From: Prolixibacteraceae bacterium
GTDB taxonomy: Bacteria > Bacteroidota > Bacteroidia > Bacteroidales > Prolixibacteraceae
DNA length: 64,000 nt
Assembly: GCA_034003625.1 (NCBI GenBank)
Contig: JAVEYG010000015.1
Coordinates: 22,726-86,725 of the forward strand
Direction: 5' to 3'
Shown: positions 45,401 to 53,318 of the stretch, piece by piece
Layout of the letters: the number at the start of each line of letters is the position of its first letter
Position numbering within the stretch: position 1 is the stretch's first letter
The notes under the pieces: generated by a model
The model's database searches: none
Seen by the model: the letters and a program-made list of their open reading frames with translations, nothing else
What the model was told of the DNA's origin: nothing
Position numbers and translations under genes: made by a program

Positions 45401-48400
45401 CAATGTGGTGGATGACAAGCAAAAAAAGATGTTTTTGAGGATTGATCCTTGCCAGATGCGCACGAAATGGGGTTTCATGACGGAGATCAAAAGGAGTCAT
45501 CACGGCTTTGTCGAATACTTTTTTAGCTTTAAATTCCCCATCGGTTCCTTTACTGAAATCGTAAAAATTGAATGGTACCGAAGGGTTGTTCAGCACCTTT
45601 TGAAACGGTTCGCCTTCCCGTTCGATAAAAATGGTGCGCAAAATTTCGTGCCGTTTTACAACGGCATAAATTGCATTTTCAAGTTTTATACGATCCAAAT
45701 TGCCCTCCAGCAAAAACGAAACCGGCATGTTGTAAACCGCCGCGTTTTTTTTGTCCTGTGATAAAACCCACAGGCGTTTCTGGGCATGTGACAACTGGTA
45801 AAATTCCTGCTCCGGCGCTTTTTGAATATCGTCTTCATCGTTGTTTTTGCCGGCCGCCAGTGCCGTTGCCACTCCCCGTACCGTCGGGTGATCAAAAACA
45901 GATTTGAAGTTAATTTCCAGTCCAAGTTCCCTTTTTATCCGTGTGATCAGACGGGCCGTTTTGAGGCTTTCGCCGCCCAGTTCAAAAAAGTTATCGTTTA
46001 CCTTCACCGGCGAATGGTTCAGCACATCTTCAAAAAGCGGGATTAATTTCAATTCCAGTGCAGTTGGTTCCGCTGCATCATCGACAACAGTCGCCCTTTT
46101 AAATGAAACCTGTTTCCGAAGTTCATTTTTATTGACTTTTCCATTTGGAGTGAGCGGAACTTTTTCAATAAAAACAAAATACTGCGGTACCATGTACTCT
46201 GGCAAAAATTCCAGCAAAAACTCTCTAAGCGCTGTTGTCGCCACTTCGCCGGAAGGAACGACAAATGCTGCAAGTTCTTTGCTGCCGCTCGTGTCTACAT
46301 CGAGAACCACAGTTTCTTTCACCAACTTGTGTTTGTGCAGGCGGTTTTCAATCTCTCCCAACTCGATGCGGTTTCCTTTGATTTTTACCTGGTCGTCGAG
46401 CCTGCCCAGAAATTCGATGTGGCCGTCGGGCAAAAAACGCGCTTTGTCGCCTGTCCGGTACATGTGCCGGTTTTTTTCAAAAGGGTCGGGGATAAATTTT
46501 TGAGCGGTCAGCGTTTCGTTGTTTAAATAGCCGCGGGCGAGACCGGGGCCGGAAATGAACAGTTCGCCTGCAAAACCGGCAGGCAACGGTTCGAGCTGTT
46601 CATTCAAAATATAAATGGAAGAACCCGGAACAGCTTTGCCGATGGGCAAAGTACCGGCATTTTCTGATTCCCTGCCAGCCTGAAACCATGAAGCACAAAC
46701 CGATGCTTCCGTAGGGCCGTAACCGTTGATATAGTTTTTTCTTTTTTTATAGAAGTCCACATCCGATGGAATGGCCGCTTCTCCGGCGGTAATCAATGTG
46801 TGCAGGTGCGGCAGTTCCGGTTTGTCGAGTGCATTCAGATAGGCCGGCGGCAGTGTGGCTACGCTGACCTTTTTATCATTCATATATTGAATGAATGTAG
46901 GTGGGTCCTGGATGGTTTCCCGGTCGGCGATAACCAGTGTTGCGCCTGTCAGCAGCGCCTGAAATATTTCGAAAACCGAAGCGTCAAAACCGGGAGAGGC
47001 AAACTGGAGCACGCGGTCGTCTTCGGTCACATGGTAGTTTTCGATCATATTTACAAACATGTGCATAAAACTACCATGTTCAATCATGACGCCTTTGGGC
47101 GCGCCCGTTGAGCCCGAAGTGTAAATGATATACGCCAGGTCGTTTTGTTTTATTTCTGCAGGAATATCGATATCACCCGAATCTTCCGTTTCATCCAGCG
47201 TGAATATATTTACCGGGAGCCCGGTATGTGCCGGATTGTCTGTTGCCAGCAATTTAGCGCGGCTGTTTTCGAGGATGAAGCTGAGCCTTTCGCGCGGCAA
47301 CCGGCCGTCAACCGGGAGATAAACAGCACCGGTTTTCATGATGCCGAGCATGGCGGCAATGGCGCGAGGCGTACGCTCGGCCGCCAGGCAAACGATATCC
47401 CCTTTTTTTACCTGATGCCGTTTGGCCAGATTGCCGGCAATCCGGTCCGATTCCCTGTTAAGAGCGGAATAGTTGATTGACTTTTCATGGTAAACGACGG
47501 CAGCTTTCTCCGGGAATAATTTCGCGCATGATTCGAACCGGGAAACAATGGTATCCTTTGTTTTTTTTACTTCGCCGGTTTGATTGAATACCTTCACTAT
47601 TTTGTGTTCTTCAAAAGGCGTCAGAAATTTTACTTCTGAAATTTTCTTTTCCGGGAAGTATATCAACTCAAAAAGAACCGTTTCAAAGCATCTGGCGAAT
47701 TGCATCATTTCCTGTTCAGAAAAAACAAGCGGGTTGTAATTGAAAAACAGGTTGACATTTTCCTCCTCGTCGTATTCATCGATTTCCAGGCTGATGCTTT
47801 CGGTACGGATTTGAGTATCCAGAGTCACAGATTGGAGTTTGGCTTCACCGAAGCGTTGTGAAAAATCCACTTTCCGGTAAATGACAGTTACATCGAAAAG
47901 CTCGTTCCGGAATCCGGGGTTGCCACGGAAATGTTTAAACGTTTCACTCAGCGGGAGTCGTTGATGTCGGTAACTTTCTTTTACCTCCAGTTTAATGGCA
48001 TTCAGGATATTGGCGAACGTCCAGTCTTGTTGCAGGCGAAGGCGGACCGGAATCATGTTCATAAACAGGCCGGGGGTATTGCGAAATTTATGATTGCTCC
48101 GGTTCAGCACCGGCATGCCGATGATGATGTCGCTTTTGCCGTAAATTTTATAGAACGTGGTGAATAAAATGCCCAAAAGCGTTTGAAAGGAAGAGACCCC
48201 TATTTCACCGGCAATCTTCAAAATGGATGCGTAACACATCCGGTGCAGGTTCAGGGTGATGCGTTCGGTGTGGAGCGATGCAGTTTTTAAACTGTATTTT
48301 TTTGAAGTAAAATCCATGGGTTCGGGCAGCGGGCTGAGTTTTTTCTGCCAAAACAAAGTGGAATCTTTGTAATACTCAGACTCCCGGTATTTCAGGTCGT

Positions 48401-48950
48401 CTTCCAGAAAATCCAGGTACGAACAGCCTTTGATTTCCGGGTAACCGCCTGTGGCCAATAAACTGTTGTAAGTATCTGAAAGGGCCTGATTGACAATGGA
48501 ACGGCCGTAAGCATCGTTTGAAAAATGATGAAATCTCGGAAACAGGATAAATTGTTTTTCAGCCGTTTGAAAGACCATTTCACGATACAACCGTACTTTT
48601 TCGAAAGGAAATGGTTTGGAATTTTCCTGAAGTAAAAATTGCATGGCGCTTTCGAAAGGATTCTTCTCCTGTCTGAGGTCAACGTATTCAATAATATCGG
48701 TTTCTGTTTCTGAATCAAAAGTCTGGAAAAGTTCGCCGTCTTTCGAAACAAATCTTTGCCGGAACACATCAAATTTACCTGTAATAAATTGGTAGGCTCG
48801 TCCGAGCAGTTCTACGTCCAGCGCCCCGTTCAGGATCAGGACGCCTCCCATGTTGTATTTGCTGTCGTTTCGATGAAGAAGATAGTCGTAGTAGAAAGTC
48901 CGCTGAGGCAAAGTCAGCGGGTATAAATGGTCGTCGTTACTATTTTGCAT
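39387..48950 (-). CDS. Three-module NRPS: Cstarter-A-T, C-A-T, C-A-T
   Basis: 3187 aa. The N-terminal C domain has HHFSNDAYG (48525-48530), with no preceding A or T. Further HHxxxDG motifs are at 45405 (HHIVGDGLS) and 42219 (HHIIGDGWS). A3 motifs are LAYIIYTSGSTGAPKG, LAYVLYTSGSTGMPKG and LAYVIYTSGSTGTPKG. T sites are FFELGGES, FFKLGGHS and FFGIGGNS. It ends in an acidic tail, LQFEDEDE. Confidence 0.95.
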   Translation of the reverse strand: MQNSNDDHLYPLTLPQRTFYYDYLLHRNDSKYNMGGVLILNGALDVELLGRAYQFITGKFDVFRQRFVSKDGELFQTFDSETETDIIEYVDLRQEKNPFESAMQFLLQENSKPFPFEKVRLYREMVFQTAEKQFILFPRFHHFSNDAYGRSIVNQALSDTYNSLLATGGYPEIKGCSYLDFLEDDLKYRESEYYKDSTLFWQKKLSPLPEPMDFTSKKYSLKTASLHTERITLNLHRMCYASILKIAGEIGVSSFQTLLGILFTTFYKIYGKSDIIIGMPVLNRSNHKFRNTPGLFMNMIPVRLRLQQDWTFANILNAIKLEVKESYRHQRLPLSETFKHFRGNPGFRNELFDVTVIYRKVDFSQRFGEAKLQSVTLDTQIRTESISLEIDEYDEEENVNLFFNYNPLVFSEQEMMQFARCFETVLFELIYFPEKKISEVKFLTPFEEHKIVKVFNQTGEVKKTKDTIVSRFESCAKLFPEKAAVVYHEKSINYSALNRESDRIAGNLAKRHQVKKGDIVCLAAERTPRAIAAMLGIMKTGAVYLPVDGRLPRERLSFILENSRAKLLATDNPAHTGLPVNIFTLDETEDSGDIDIPAEIKQNDLAYIIYTSGSTGAPKGVMIEHGSFMHMFVNMIENYHVTEDDRVLQFASPGFDASVFEIFQALLTGATLVIADRETIQDPPTFIQYMNDKKVSVATLPPAYLNALDKPELPHLHTLITAGEAAIPSDVDFYKKRKNYINGYGPTEASVCASWFQAGRESENAGTLPIGKAVPGSSIYILNEQLEPLPAGFAGELFISGPGLARGYLNNETLTAQKFIPDPFEKNRHMYRTGDKARFLPDGHIEFLGRLDDQVKIKGNRIELGEIENRLHKHKLVKETVVLDVDTSGSKELAAFVVPSGEVATTALREFLLEFLPEYMVPQYFVFIEKVPLTPNGKVNKNELRKQVSFKRATVVDDAAEPTALELKLIPLFEDVLNHSPVKVNDNFFELGGESLKTARLITRIKRELGLEINFKSVFDHPTVRGVATALAAGKNNDEDDIQKAPEQEFYQLSHAQKRLWVLSQDKKNAAVYNMPVSFLLEGNLDRIKLENAIYAVVKRHEILRTIFIEREGEPFQKVLNNPSVPFNFYDFSKGTDGEFKAKKVFDKAVMTPFDLRHETPFRAHLARINPQKHLFLLVIHHIVGDGLSIGILMEELSKVYNSFSVEIQKDILKPLHFQYKDYCHYEKKLLDSGKLRKEKEFWLKTLKTPLPALQLPTDRMRPAVKTYEGKYLFSELDQSLGHRLKNFGKEQQVSPFMILLAAVNVLLHKYTSDEDIFIGSPVAGRNRRELENQVGLYLNTVALRNQIKTEQTFLQFLQEVKVNASGAFSNSNYPFDRLVQDLDLERDTSRAPLFDVLLQYQTKDVTALGLNEIKASFYPVDFTISKFDLTFTFTENDEKINFCIGFNTNLFNQQRIEKLTGHMNILLNTVLKNPRLPIRDINILEHTEELALRHMACGPELSIDNRIVTEVFEKQVRKTPSQTALVFNNTRLTYSQFDRKTNAVAHEILKHRIEPDDIVALLLPRSEQMVIGIFGILKAGGAYLPLSPELPVERLRFMLKDSRCKMLLTDHSLMKLARQIAGESITVLDTGKLNESEGRLPAVSISASSLAYVLYTSGSTGMPKGVMVEHHSLCNLVAGLDAAIYRNPPAPLNIALVSPFVFDASVKQIFYALLTGHCLDIVPDDIRLNGKKLLEYYKTHRIDVSDGTPIHLEILLDELQTGVPNYLPQRFVIGGQQLMWRPVQKLFEQAGKQPPVISNVYGPTECCDVSASLNITSEFALQNQSGFEAVPVGKPLGNVQVFILDKNLKMAPAGVNGELCIAGEGLARGYLNQPEMTREKFVETDFLPGKRIYRTGDIGRYLDDGAILLTGRADDQVKLRGFRIELNEIESCIRNYPTINSAAAILTGEGSHQELAACYTVSSKTDPDELRQFLSLHLPDYMIPAWFTELEKLPLSANGKVDKKALPVPQKKTPEAGGISRIDDALEIKLCEIWKELLAVEQLDTNDNFFKLGGHSLIAIRLVSRIHREFNIEVTIWEVFRHATVASLAKLLKTKNPSLFNPIEKAEENDYYPLSHAQRRMWMLSKLEGQSAMYNLPGALLLKGNLDVAVFEKAWNAIVRRHESLRTCFIEIDGEPFQKIVTRFDFKIETAEYAGGDWNKETLNELAVAWFDKEFDLSKLPLMAIRLVRLSADRHLFLFNMHHIIGDGWSLDNMLKELKILYDAYLNHSEVALGPLRIHYKDYAIWQNKMLEESSLVSVKDYWLNKLQKPRPLLNLPTDYKRPENLPLDGNLLHFRLGLEKTRALAELGRSRDASLFVTLLSAVYVLFYKYTGEEDILIGSPVAGRQHDDLENQIGFFINTLVLRNQVQPENSFPEFLQQVSETMNEALDNQLYPFDRLVDELDVERLQNRNPLFDVMVAWMVKNGMEMDFEFSGVSAKGIEFPITRSMFDLTFLFEESKGEIIFSIEYNTSLFRQNRIERMAQHFRQLIESILSGPEEKISALSILPEKEKEQLLVQFNKTALKLPRGKNVTGLFEEQAAVHPDATALIYEDRKVSYGNLNLQADNIAGLLIEEVNAGREDIIVVMTDDPVQSVAAVVGIMKSGAACLPLATDTPPERAAFIVRDSRAKAVLADGTIHLSETGTNILDIRTAGKSSSFTKPEINAGNLAYVIYTSGSTGTPKGVMVEHGALSNLIGSLNYNIYSRYPEPLNELMISSFAFDVSLKQIFATLCNGNILHILSNEKRLDPREISNYILNEKINIADITPSVFAVMLEEGFGETAKPWLKELFLGSEALPYKLVRNFYQNSANRGVRVTNFYGPTECCVESSFFRFNPDDMNENVDIAPIGKPAPNQQIYVLDRHLNVCPVGVPGEICIGGNGLARAYLNDPEKSAEKFIQFPLTGTRIYKTGDAGRIRPDGNIEFLGRMDEQVKIRGYRVELPEIEKHLSGMEGVGECAVALFGENGATELAAWFTAEKPVDTSALKNHLGRFLPDYMVPSCFIQLEKIPLSSNGKIDKKALPDPSTLLKKETFRAPGDEIEAILVRICNGILQKEQISMDDNFFGIGGNSLNAVRLISRLQKELNVNLPLKEIFYHPVLADLAEAVKKNMDTVDAEETTEETQAIAPASDEELKLLSELQFEDEDE

Positions 48951-48978
48951 TGACTTAATGTTAAAAGCTTTTTGGATT

Positions 48979-49794
48979 TTACAGACTTATTTCAATCCCA
49001 ATATTTTGCGTGCTGTTATCGGGGATCAATCCAAGCAGTTTCAATTCCTTATCGTATCTATAATTGTATCCGGCAACCAAATTCACATGTTTCCAGAGGG
49101 CTACGGATAAATTCAGAAGATAGCCGTACCGGTACCTGTCCAGGTCGTTGATGTCCGTAAAATAATACACTTTGCCGGAGATGGATGCTTCGGGTGTAAT
49201 GGCGTACACAAAATCATGCACACTATAAAAAGCAGCATAAGGCTCTTTTATAACGTTCAGATTATCAACAGGGATAGTGTATTCCTGATTGATCCGGCCG
49301 GAAGCAACCAGCGATTTTAGCTTAAGTCTTTTTAACAGTGAGGTATTTAGTCCAATTCCCCCGTAAAAAGTATAGCGGTTTTGAAGCAACAGAGCATCGT
49401 CCCTTTCCCAGATAAGACCCCCTTCAACAAAAACGAATTTTGAGACATCGACATTGACATAATCTGTAAAGAACTGTGATTTTGTTGCATAGCTCAAATC
49501 GACGTAACTTTTCAGGTTCATGTTAAAATTATCGATGCCGTACCTGGAAAAATTGGTGCATACGCCTTTCCGAAGTACCAGTTCCAGGTTTCCGATACTC
49601 GTGTTGCCGCTAATGACGCCTTTCATCCGACTATAGCTGTACCTCGCACCGGCATGAACCTGCGGTTTGGTTACAGAATCAGCCAGGGAACTTTGTAACC
49701 ACCATTTTTCGGATGGCTGCGCGACTAAAAATAAAGAGTTTATGCCGATAAAAAAAAGCATAAAAAGAACCATCCGATAAAAATATTTTATCAT
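48979..49794 (-). CDS. Putative outer-membrane beta-barrel protein, first gene of the NRPS operon
   Basis: 271 aa with a signal-like N-terminus (VLFMLFFIGINSLFLVAQP), alternating beta-strand pattern and aromatic-rich strands. It lies 28 nt upstream of the NRPS start. Confidence 0.5.
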   Translation of the reverse strand: MIKYFYRMVLFMLFFIGINSLFLVAQPSEKWWLQSSLADSVTKPQVHAGARYSYSRMKGVISGNTSIGNLELVLRKGVCTNFSRYGIDNFNMNLKSYVDLSYATKSQFFTDYVNVDVSKFVFVEGGLIWERDDALLLQNRYTFYGGIGLNTSLLKRLKLKSLVASGRINQEYTIPVDNLNVIKEPYAAFYSVHDFVYAITPEASISGKVYYFTDINDLDRYRYGYLLNLSVALWKHVNLVAGYNYRYDKELKLLGLIPDNSTQNIGIEISL

Positions 49795-49953
49795 GACGCG
49801 ACGGTGATTTTAGTTGATTTTTGACTCTTTCACAACAATAAAATGCTGTGAATTTCGCTCAAGCAATGCTGTCAATAAAACCAGAATAGTGCAGGCAGAC
49901 CTAATTAAATAAATCCACCTGCACTAACTTGCACCTGATTTGAAAGCCCTTTA

Positions 49954-50463
49954 TCAGACAGTTTTCTTTGCTTTGTTATTTTCCATTTCTTTGGCGACAG
50001 CTTTACCTTCTTCGAACAGATCCTTGAAGTATTCTTTGACTTTTACCGGATCGAAATCAAGGAAAGTTCCGCCAGATTCAAAATGCTGGATGAAAGATTT
50101 TCCGATTGCGTAAGTTGCCGCGCCGGAAAATAAAGACATCGACACGCCGCCTAAAATTGTTCCTACAAGGGGGATCATTTTCAGTACGCTGCCCACACCA
50201 CCGCCAGCCAGTGAGTTGGGCACGATCGATCCCAAAAGGGCGCTGATAATGGCTTTTCCCCTGTTTTCACTAAACTTAACTTCGTAAAGTTTTGAAAGAT
50301 CGCTCAACATTTTGAGCTGAACGCCGGTCACCGCGGCCAAATCGACAAATGGAACAGGAATTAAGCCTGCGCCCATGGTCCACCACATCCATTTTTTTAC
50401 TAAGTCATTTGCTGAATCGAGTTTTGGCTGAGCGACTTCTTCTGTAACTTCTTTTTTTTCCAT
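49954..50463 (-). CDS. DUF697/YcjF-like small membrane protein
   Basis: 169 aa with WTMGAGLIPVPFVDLAAVTGVQLKMLSDLSKLY and glycine-rich TM segments. An 8-bp-stem hairpin (AGTGCAGG..CCTGCACT, about 49888-49927) lies downstream. Confidence 0.5.
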   Translation of the reverse strand: MEKKEVTEEVAQPKLDSANDLVKKWMWWTMGAGLIPVPFVDLAAVTGVQLKMLSDLSKLYEVKFSENRGKAIISALLGSIVPNSLAGGGVGSVLKMIPLVGTILGGVSMSLFSGAATYAIGKSFIQHFESGGTFLDFDPVKVKEYFKDLFEEGKAVAKEMENNKAKKTV

Positions 50464-50674
50464 AAAATAAAAATTAGTTGATAATATTGGTTGATTTTTT
50501 TTTAAACTTAATTATAGCTTTTACAGAAGCTATACAAATATAAGAAACCAATTTGGGAGATGGCCGATTTATTAAATAATAACACTATTGAACGAGTAAA
50601 AAAATAGAAGTTGGGGTTACTTCCCTCAGGTTTGGCCCCATATTGTAAGTTTGTTTTGTTAAGAAACTACAACA

Positions 50675-51150
50675 TGGGTAAAAATACAGAAATAAAATTT
50701 GTCGGACAGCCGATTTAAACAGGTAATAGACCGGTTGAAGGCGTTAATATTGAAAATGGAAACCGTTGGCAGTATTTTTGACCTTCCTGCAATAAAACCA
50801 ATGAAAGCCACGCTGGTTTTTACAGGATCAGGCTGGGTGATTACCGGTTGGGGGGTTGAACAAATTTCACAATCAGAAATATTGCTTATTCTGATTGCTC
50901 ACCGAAAAGATATTTATAAACGATTTCCGTAGTACAACCATACTTTTTAGTGCGCTCATGATCCCTGGTATTTTAGCGGTTTACAAACATGCCGCACTAA
51001 AACACCGGGGATTGGTGTTTTCTGACGGGAGGGTTATTCCAAAACTTAACTGTTTTGGAATCGACATGTGCAATCAGGTAAATATTGGCTTCGCCCGACT
51101 TGCTTAATGTCCCTTTGTCGATGAATACTTTCGGTATTAGCATTTCATTG
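50675..51150. pseudogene. Short frameshifted or truncated gene remnants (possibly a transposase N-terminus)
   Basis: ATG 50675 gives MGKNTEIKFVGQPI* and continues in another frame as ..FKQVIDRLKALIL... On the minus strand a 48-codon ORF (MLIPKVFIDKGTLSKSG..) ends prematurely. No intact gene is present. Confidence 0.25.
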
Positions 51151-51227
51151 AATGAATTAAGAATGAAAAAATCAATCTGAACGTTTTTAGAATGAATTTT
51201 TCCCCATTGAAATGCCCTTTTTGAAAA

Positions 51228-51313
51228 ATCAAAGTGCTGATAATTTGCAGCTTACAGGCTTTTATTTTTCAGCACTTTGAACCTTTGTGATCCCACCGGG
51301 AATCGAACCAACG
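51228..51313 (+). repeat. Right copy of the ~73-nt direct repeat, extended by a tRNA 3'-end-like fragment (minus strand)
   Basis: The hairpin is TCAAAGTGCTGA / TCAGCACTTTGA. The minus strand of 51288-51313 reads CGTTGGTTCGATTCCCGGTGGGATCA, which is a T-loop plus acceptor 3' strand. No complete cloverleaf is present. Confidence 0.7.
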
Positions 51314-51790
51314 TCCGTATCTGGCTGAACATCAATGTTTTACGAAGCACTTAGATTCAGGGGTCTCGATTTTGCCCCACAATGACTGTATATCAATACA
51401 TTATACAACAAATATACATAAATTTTATTGAGAATTCTCATACAAAAACCGAAAATTTATTACTTGAAAATAAAGAATATTTTACACTACCGTTTTAAAG
51501 AATCAATCAAGCCTCAACTCTTGCAGAATTAATTATTGTAATCTGGATTACAGTAATATTTATTGCAGTAAAAGACCTGAAAATAGATCTTTTAGCTCTT
51601 TAATATATTTTAATCATACTTATAATATGGCGAAACGAATAACTTTATTTGATTTGTGTTTTAAATCAAAGTTGATTGAACTTACTCATTGCATTGTCTT
51701 TTATTTCATCATACTGATTCTTTTATCCATCCAAAATTCTAAAGAATTCATTTTTGATTTACTAATCAGATAACTGACAGTTGTATTTCA

Positions 51791-51863
51791 TGAGCCGATT
51801 ATTTTCTGTATTCGGCTCAGATATAATAAAAATTTGAGCCGAATAATATCGGTATTTGGCTCA
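51791..51863. promoter_or_regulatory. Two inverted-repeat pairs of TGAGCCGA(A/T)T boxes upstream of the orphan operon
   Basis: TGAGCCGA 51791-51798 pairs with TCGGCTCA 51812-51819. TGAGCCGAATA 51835-51845 pairs with TATTTGGCTCA 51853-51863. They sit in a visibly AT-rich region about 140 nt before ATG 52000. Confidence 0.45.
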
Positions 51864-51999
51864 TCCGAATTAAAATGAATAGCACTGGATTGGTGAACAT
51901 CTACCCGGAAAAACAAGCCTGATCCGAAAAATCGGAAATCCTGTCTTTTTCTGTTTACCTGTAGTGTAAAGTGGGTAACTTAGCGGAAAATTTCTTACG

Positions 52000-53256
52000 A
52001 TGGATACAACTGAACTTTTTGTACCTGAAATAAATACGATTATCGAATTCGCTCAATCAAAAGGAAGCTTCATTTCAAATGATTCATATCTGAGATTGAA
52101 AGAAGTATATGAAATTTTCAGTTGTATAAAGCCAGCCGAAGATGATAAAAAAAGACATATCTGGATTGAAGTTTTAAGAGGGCCAATCTCTGTTTTTGGC
52201 GACTATGAAGAATACAGGGAAAGCGGAGAGGTTGAGACTTTCGAAGAGTTTGAACAGCTTTGGAAAGATTACTACCCGGAAGAAAGCAACTGGTATCGGC
52301 TTGATACTGCAGAATATCAGAACGAATTATTTTTCTATTTAGACGGGAAGCTCATTTGTTCGATTAGGCGAGATGACCCACCAGCAAAAGTTCCCGTTTT
52401 TGATTCCGATTATTTTGACCGGTTCACTGACTGGTTGCTCAGAAAAGTGGTAAGCGAAACAGGTGAACTAAAAAAAGATGAAGCTGCCTATAATCAATTT
52501 ATTGAGCAGAGTCTTCCCTGGTCGAAGCGATTCGGCAAAATAAAAAGGAGAGATTATTGGGATATCCAGGGTGATGAAGTTGTTCGCCTCGATAAGAATT
52601 TAGGTGATGAAAGCATTGAAAAGCTAAAAATAGTTGTTGAGAAAATTAAAAGTCAGGATATTCCTCTGTTAGAAAAGATGACCGCCGGTAAGTTTTTCAG
52701 GATTTGCGAAATTTGTTATGATGCCAACAGCTATTTCCGAAATTCACAGCTCCAATTGGTCCCAAAGGAAAAGTACCTGAAAATGGCTGACGGCAGGGAT
52801 GGCGGTTTACGCAAGCTTGAAGAAGATTCACCGTCGGCTTTTCAGGCATGGTACCATAGTTCGGTATGGATGGGCGGTCATCCCTGGGAAATATGCAGGG
52901 GCGGAAATTCAACTCATATTTCTCTTTATATTTCCGATATTCAGGGCAAATGGAAAGTTCGTCTGGCGGGGTCGAGTATTGTCAGGGTGGCGGAAACGGT
53001 AAAGATGGCTGTTGCACTTTACGACAATGAAATCCCTTTTGAACTGTCAGATGCAGAAAATATCCTACGCATGGTTACCGGGAATGATTATATCGGGATA
53101 GTTCCGGAGTATATTTTCCCCCGTTATTGCCATGGCCTATTCCCGAAAGAAGATCAGATCATTGATTTTATGAATCTGGAATATGACAAGGATAAAACCA
53201 TTAAAATAGTGGGAAAGACGCATTGGTACCCATTGGAATGGATTGCTCCAGCCTGA
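52000..53256 (+). CDS. Hypothetical protein (418 aa, no recognisable motif)
   Basis: Long uninterrupted ORF with normal-looking composition. It is the first of three same-strand genes. Confidence 0.6.
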   Translation: MDTTELFVPEINTIIEFAQSKGSFISNDSYLRLKEVYEIFSCIKPAEDDKKRHIWIEVLRGPISVFGDYEEYRESGEVETFEEFEQLWKDYYPEESNWYRLDTAEYQNELFFYLDGKLICSIRRDDPPAKVPVFDSDYFDRFTDWLLRKVVSETGELKKDEAAYNQFIEQSLPWSKRFGKIKRRDYWDIQGDEVVRLDKNLGDESIEKLKIVVEKIKSQDIPLLEKMTAGKFFRICEICYDANSYFRNSQLQLVPKEKYLKMADGRDGGLRKLEEDSPSAFQAWYHSSVWMGGHPWEICRGGNSTHISLYISDIQGKWKVRLAGSSIVRVAETVKMAVALYDNEIPFELSDAENILRMVTGNDYIGIVPEYIFPRYCHGLFPKEDQIIDFMNLEYDKDKTIKIVGKTHWYPLEWIAPA

Positions 53257-53318
53257 CTCTTACGGTTTCGCGTTGGGCTAAAATCTAGCTATTCAGGAAA
53301 TTAAATAATTGATTTACA

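Noticed and set aside
21677-48167. Dozens of 60-260-aa plus-strand ORFs inside the two megasynthase genes (for example 27464-28018, 31277-32002, 36077-36721 and 43017-43808)
   Set aside because: They are antisense to continuous 3187- and 5933-codon reading frames that carry complete NRPS/PKS motif sets. Their translations are low-complexity or Arg- and Phe-rich, as is typical of antisense frames.
51288-51365. Possible tRNA gene on the minus strand (GGTTCGATTCCCGGTGGGATCA)
   Set aside because: Only the T-loop and acceptor 3' strand are tRNA-like. The T-stem 5' strand (GTTGG) does not pair with CCCGG. No complementary acceptor 5' strand (ATCCCAC) or D/anticodon arms occur within 90 nt. I treated it as an att-like tRNA fragment.
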